DNA from: an uncultured virus (IMG/VR IMGVR_UViG_3300031992_001727)
Taxonomy: Duplodnaviria; Heunggongvirae; Uroviricota; Caudoviricetes
IMG/VR virus record: IMGVR_UViG_3300031992_001727
Length of the DNA stretch: 20,000 bases
Reading direction: 5' to 3' (one strand)
Shown here: in pieces, positions 15,443 through 20,000 of the stretch
Numbering within the stretch: position 1 is the stretch's first letter
Layout of the letters: every line of letters begins with the position of its first letter
Position numbers and translations under genes: made by a program
Notes under the pieces: model-generated
Told to the model about the DNA's origin: nothing
Seen by the model: the letters and a program-made list of their open reading frames with translations, nothing else
Databases searched by the model: none

Positions 15443-18400
15443 ATGAGTGTAATCAGAAAAGAGAATTGGAAGAGCGACATCAGGCTTGCTGTGACGCTGC
15501 TTGTTGGTGGTGAGGCCGTGCATGTGCCGAGCCATGCTTTCACGCTGCGTTTCAGGGTGTGCAATGGGCAGACCTACTATGACTGCTGGCGTGATGATGG
15601 TGGTGTGTATCACAACTGCCGCCCGAACGATGACGGGAGCATGCTGCTGTGTTTCCTTGACAACCACAAGCTGGGGCTTGGTGAACTGCACTGCGAGTAT
15701 TATGACTATGCTCCGGATGCCGATTTTGCTGATGGTAACAAGTTGACCGTTGTGCCACAGGTGCTGCCGATAGAGCTTGTTGCTGGTGCTGGCGATGATG
15801 CTGAGCAGGTGGACGCGGAAGTGATTGTTGCGATAGACGGGCTTGTGGGTGATGCTCAAGAGGCTATTGCCGCTGCAACGGATGCCTCTGTGCGCGCGAA
15901 TGAGGCCGCTAGCCGTGCCGAGAGTGCTACGTCAGACGCAGTTGAAGCCGCTACTGATGCCTTGCAACGTGCAGAAGAAGCACGTCAAGCCGCCAGTGCA
16001 GCGAATGCTGCCTCGACAAGAGCGAATGATGCCGCCGAGGCTGGCATGGACTTGTGTGAACGCGCCTCGGAGACAGCGACAAGTGCCGCGAATGCCGCGA
16101 ATGTTGCCCGCGTCAACGCTGAGATGGCTGCAAGTGTAGCCAACCAGGCTGCTGGCCGTGCTGATGGTGCTGCGACCGAAGCCGCCAAAGCCGCAGATCA
16201 TGCTGAGGCTGCCGCGAGCCTTGCAACAACCGCCGCTGGCAAGATAGATGCTGTGCTTGACGTCGCCGACGGGCTTGACAACCGCTGGAGCCTGGCGAAC
16301 TATGGCAACGTGCGCATCGTGAGCGAGGGCTTGAACGACCCGCAGAGGAGCTTGCGTGTTGTGTTTGACTCGCTGAATGAGATTACGCTCACAGAGCGTG
16401 ATGGCTCAAAGTTGAGCACAAGCGTCAGAGGCGGCACGACGTATGTGGTTCCCGACGGCAGTGCGTTGTGGATGAACCATCGCACTGGTGAGTTGCATGT
16501 TGGAGACATCGCAGGAGCAGATGATGTGTCGCTTGTTGAGTGCAGCCGTGGGTTGATGAGCGGTGGTGTGTTTGTTGGCTTGCTTGCAGACTACACGCAT
16601 CATCGTGCTGCATCGGATGTTGCCGATGCGCTGGAGAAGAAGGCGAACTTGACGTCGCTTTATCGTTTTGCCGGGTTTTCGATTATTGCCGATGGCAGTC
16701 CCGAAGATGCTGCGATGGCTTTTGGGCCGTATGTTGACGTGCTGAGCAGCAAGCTTGACACCTATTGCCCTGGTTGGGGCGATGTTGCTGACCACCGCAG
16801 CATTTTGCAGTTGATCAGATGGAACAATGCTGGCTCTTACAACTCGGAATATCTGTTCACTGGTGCGTTTGGTGATGGTCTGCGCCGTGCTGCCAGCGAG
16901 GCGCATGAGATGGGTTTTAACTCGCTTGTGTTCCCCGCAGACCTTGTTGTTTATGAGGCTGGTGTTGACATGCTTGAGGAGCGCATTGATGCTGTTGAGC
17001 GCGACAAGGCCGACAAGAGTGAGATAGTCGAAGAGATTCCATTTGTGTTTGGCGAGTTCAAGCATGACAGCGATTCGGTGCGTGGTCGGTATTGCGGCAG
17101 TTGTAGCTTGTCAAGCATAGAAGAGGGTCAACTGATAGCTTTGCGCCTTGAGAACAGCACTATCGCTGGTACGAATAGTTTGCGCTTGACCTTGTCGAAT
17201 GGCAGCACGCATGAAGCCGAGATATGGGAGTATAAATACGACATTAACAGCCGCCTTACTCCTGAGCCTGTGAATGGTTCGGATGAATATCCGGAAGGCT
17301 CTGTTTTGATTCTCGCATTCTCTAACGGAATGTGGATGATAACCAACCCCGCCAAACGTCCTAGGCTAATGACCACCAACGACTGGGGTGTGCCTATTGG
17401 CCGCATAGTCAGTGGCACGTTCTTGCGTGATCACTTCTATGTCAAGAGTGAGGTTGATAGTGCGTTGTCGGCTTATGCTACTGGTGCTGAATATGACTCT
17501 GCGAGCAAGCGCATCTACTTGAAGCATGGCTCTGATCGATTGACTGGTGCTTATGTTGACGCCACTGCTTTTATCAAGGATGGCATGGTTGACAATGTGA
17601 CAATCTCTAGTGGCTACCTTGTGATTACGTTCAACACCGACAGCGGCAAGGAGCCGATTTCGTTAGCTATCAGCGACATCTTCAATGCGTCGAACTACTA
17701 CACGAAGGCCGAGATTGACCAAGCTGGCTACTTGACCCAGGAGAGCGACCCTACCGTCCCGAGTCATGTGAAGGGCATCACACAAGCCAACATCGCATCG
17801 TGGCGCGGCAAGCAAGATGCTATCGGCGACCTTGCAGACATCAGAAGCGGTGCCAGCAAGGGTGCTACTGCGTATCAGAAGCCGAGTGGTGGCATTCCGA
17901 AGAGTGACCTTGCCAGTGCAGTGCAGACCTCGCTTGGCAAGGCTGACACGGCATTGCAGTCGTACACGGAGACAGACCCGATATTTGCGGCGAGTGCTGC
18001 TCATGGTATAAGTAGCTCGGATATCAGCAACTGGAACTCCAAGACATCGAATGTAGGCACGATAACTGGCATCAAGATGAACGGAGTGTCAAAAGGCACA
18101 TCTGGCGTTGTAGACCTTGGCACAGTGCTTACATCTGAGAGCGACCCTACCGTCCCATCATGGGCGAAGGAATCGAGCAAGCCGACATATACTGCTGCGG
18201 AAGTTGGAGCATTGCCTGCCTCGACTGCTATTCCGAGCAAGACCAGCGACTTGACCAACGACAGCAATTTTGTCGTTGACGCTGACTATGTCCATACTGA
18301 CAGCAACTATACGGCTGCTGAAAAGAGCAAGTTGTCTGGGATTTCCGCTGGTGCCGAGGCAAACGTGCAGAGCGACTGGTCCGTGACCGAAACAACTAGC

Positions 18401-19153
18401 GACGCGTTCATCAAGAACAAGCCTACGATACCTTCAAAGACGAGCGACTTGACGAATGATAGCGGGTTTGTGACTGGAAGTAAGATTTATTACGGCACAT
18501 GCACGACAGCAGCTGCGACCGACCCGAAGGTTTGCACCGTTGAGGAGTTCCCGTTGGATGGCAATGGCAAACCGCTGGTTGGTACGCAGATATGCGTGAA
18601 GTTCAGTGCCACCGACACCAGCACGACCACGACTCCGCACTTGAACGTGAACGGCACCGGTGCTGAGCGCATCTGGGTGAACACGGCAGTTCTTGCTTCG
18701 GCTAAGAGTGCTTATCATGGCTATGCGAACCGCTATATCACCTATATGTGGGATGGCACCTACTGGGTGTGGCTCACATCGGGTTATGACGCAAACACGA
18801 CCTACACGAATGTTGCTCTTGGTCATGGTTATGCGACACAGAACAACTCATCGGCAGCCACTGCTATAACTGCCGCTCTTGGTAGTTACGCCCTGACTGC
18901 TAATGGCATTGTGAGTGTTCACTTCAACTATGATGTTCCGGCTAATGCTACGCTGAATGTGAATGGGAAGGGTGCTAAGGCGATATACCACCGCAATGCT
19001 CCTATTGCGGCAGGTGTGATTAAGGCTGGTGACACTGCCACGTTTGTGTACAGCACCTATTATCATTTGCTGAGTGTTGACAGGGATGAGTACACCAAAA
19101 CTGAGATAGACACTAAGATTGGCAATATAGAAACCTTATTAGCAAGTATTTGA
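15443..19153 (+). CDS. Tail fibre / baseplate-attached fibre protein (1236 aa, mosaic)
   Basis: N-terminal ~125-aa anchor-like domain, Ala-rich coiled coil, repeated fibre linkers (ESDPTVPS x2, IPSKTSDLTNDS x2, YxKxEID/VD x3) and two C-terminal LNVNGxGA modules. Confidence 0.8.
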   Translation: MSVIRKENWKSDIRLAVTLLVGGEAVHVPSHAFTLRFRVCNGQTYYDCWRDDGGVYHNCRPNDDGSMLLCFLDNHKLGLGELHCEYYDYAPDADFADGNKLTVVPQVLPIELVAGAGDDAEQVDAEVIVAIDGLVGDAQEAIAAATDASVRANEAASRAESATSDAVEAATDALQRAEEARQAASAANAASTRANDAAEAGMDLCERASETATSAANAANVARVNAEMAASVANQAAGRADGAATEAAKAADHAEAAASLATTAAGKIDAVLDVADGLDNRWSLANYGNVRIVSEGLNDPQRSLRVVFDSLNEITLTERDGSKLSTSVRGGTTYVVPDGSALWMNHRTGELHVGDIAGADDVSLVECSRGLMSGGVFVGLLADYTHHRAASDVADALEKKANLTSLYRFAGFSIIADGSPEDAAMAFGPYVDVLSSKLDTYCPGWGDVADHRSILQLIRWNNAGSYNSEYLFTGAFGDGLRRAASEAHEMGFNSLVFPADLVVYEAGVDMLEERIDAVERDKADKSEIVEEIPFVFGEFKHDSDSVRGRYCGSCSLSSIEEGQLIALRLENSTIAGTNSLRLTLSNGSTHEAEIWEYKYDINSRLTPEPVNGSDEYPEGSVLILAFSNGMWMITNPAKRPRLMTTNDWGVPIGRIVSGTFLRDHFYVKSEVDSALSAYATGAEYDSASKRIYLKHGSDRLTGAYVDATAFIKDGMVDNVTISSGYLVITFNTDSGKEPISLAISDIFNASNYYTKAEIDQAGYLTQESDPTVPSHVKGITQANIASWRGKQDAIGDLADIRSGASKGATAYQKPSGGIPKSDLASAVQTSLGKADTALQSYTETDPIFAASAAHGISSSDISNWNSKTSNVGTITGIKMNGVSKGTSGVVDLGTVLTSESDPTVPSWAKESSKPTYTAAEVGALPASTAIPSKTSDLTNDSNFVVDADYVHTDSNYTAAEKSKLSGISAGAEANVQSDWSVTETTSDAFIKNKPTIPSKTSDLTNDSGFVTGSKIYYGTCTTAAATDPKVCTVEEFPLDGNGKPLVGTQICVKFSATDTSTTTTPHLNVNGTGAERIWVNTAVLASAKSAYHGYANRYITYMWDGTYWVWLTSGYDANTTYTNVALGHGYATQNNSSAATAITAALGSYALTANGIVSVHFNYDVPANATLNVNGKGAKAIYHRNAPIAAGVIKAGDTATFVYSTYYHLLSVDRDEYTKTEIDTKIGNIETLLASI
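17741..18156 (+). repeat. Exact 20-nt direct repeat GAGAGCGACCCTACCGTCCC inside the tail fibre (17741-17760, 18137-18156)
   Basis: Identical copies 396 nt (132 codons) apart, encoding ESDPTVP. Confidence 0.85.
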
Positions 19154-19155
19154 TT

Positions 19156-20000
19156 ATGAGTATAGCGAGCGAGATTGAGAGATTGCAGAACGCCAAGAGT
19201 GCATTAAAGACTGCGATAGAGGGTAAGGGCGTGAGTGTCCCAGCCTCGACGAAGCTTGATGGGTATTCAGCTTTGGTTAATAGCATTGAGCAGGGTGGTG
19301 GAGGCGGTGGTGGTACCACTGCTAGTCCGAATGATGTTGAGTTTATCGACTATGACGGAACGATTGTCGCATCGTATTCTGCCGCTGAGTTTGCTGGCCT
19401 TGCTGCGCTTCCCGACAACCCTGACCACACGGCAGATGGACTGGTTTCGCAAGGCTGGAACTGGTCGTTGAGCAATGCGAAGACTTATGTGGCTAGCTAT
19501 GGGAAGCTGGTTATCGGTCAGATGTACACGACAGATGACGGTGCGACACGAATAACCTTTGACATGAGTGACTGGGCCAAGCCATGGCCTATCACGATGC
19601 AGTTCACCCAAAGCAAAGCGAATGGTGTTGCTGTTGATTGGGGTGACGGCAGTGCTGTTGAGCGTGTGAGCGGCACATCGAATGTTAAGCTGAATCACAC
19701 TTATGCAACGACTGGCGTATATGTGATTTCGTTGCTGCCAGATAGCGGTTGCACGTTGACGATAACAGGGTCTAGTAGTAGTGGATCATATTTGTTTGCG
19801 CAAACTAACGGTGACCGCTTTAAATTGTCATCTGTAAAATCTGTCCATATTGGCAATAACGTGGCCATTGGCGACTATGCGTTCTACTATTGTTATTCGT
19901 TGCAGTCGGTTACGATACCAAGTAGCGTAACAAGCATCGGCAATAATGCGTTCCAATATTGTGTTTCGTTGCAGTCGGTTACGATACCAAGTAACTTAAA
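19156..20000 (+). CDS. Putative receptor-binding protein: helical N-terminus, poly-Gly linker, PKD-like domain, BspA-type leucine-rich repeats (3'-truncated by the window)
   Basis: Manual translation is open from ATG 19156 to the window end: MSIASEIERLQNAKSALKTAIEGKGV...GGGGGGG...VDWGDGS...HTYATTGVYVI...IGDYAFYYCYSLQSVTIPSSVTSIGNNAFQYCVSLQSVTIPSN. Absent from the ORF track because there is no stop. Confidence 0.85.
   Translation, partial: MSIASEIERLQNAKSALKTAIEGKGVSVPASTKLDGYSALVNSIEQGGGGGGGTTASPNDVEFIDYDGTIVASYSAAEFAGLAALPDNPDHTADGLVSQGWNWSLSNAKTYVASYGKLVIGQMYTTDDGATRITFDMSDWAKPWPITMQFTQSKANGVAVDWGDGSAVERVSGTSNVKLNHTYATTGVYVISLLPDSGCTLTITGSSSSGSYLFAQTNGDRFKLSSVKSVHIGNNVAIGDYAFYYCYSLQSVTIPSSVTSIGNNAFQYCVSLQSVTIPSNL
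19870..19996 (+). repeat. 69-nt tandem LRR coding repeat
   Basis: TCGTTGCAGTCGGTTACGATACCAAGTA is identical at 19897-19924 and 19966-19993. Confidence 0.9.

Overview
The window is the virion-morphogenesis module of a long-tailed (siphovirus-like) phage or prophage. The host is probably Bacteroidota, judged from TAnnTTTG-type promoters and AT-rich leaders without clear Shine-Dalgarno motifs. Large terminase and portal are transcribed leftward. A divergent rightward block encodes putative neck proteins, scaffold, head decoration, major capsid, head-tail connector, major tail, a 1973-aa tape measure, a distal-tail-like protein, a small membrane protein and a 1236-aa mosaic tail fibre. It ends in a PKD-like/BspA-type LRR protein that runs off the window and is missing from the ORF track. 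The most striking unexplained signal is about 17 short GC-rich hairpins filling almost every intergenic gap. Most fall into two related families with compensatory stem changes and a conserved 3' tail. All family copies lie in the same DNA orientation regardless of gene direction, and in the rightward block they begin 0-14 nt after stop codons. They have REP-like architecture, but no cognate transposase is visible here. All product calls rest on motif recognition and gene order; no database search was run.
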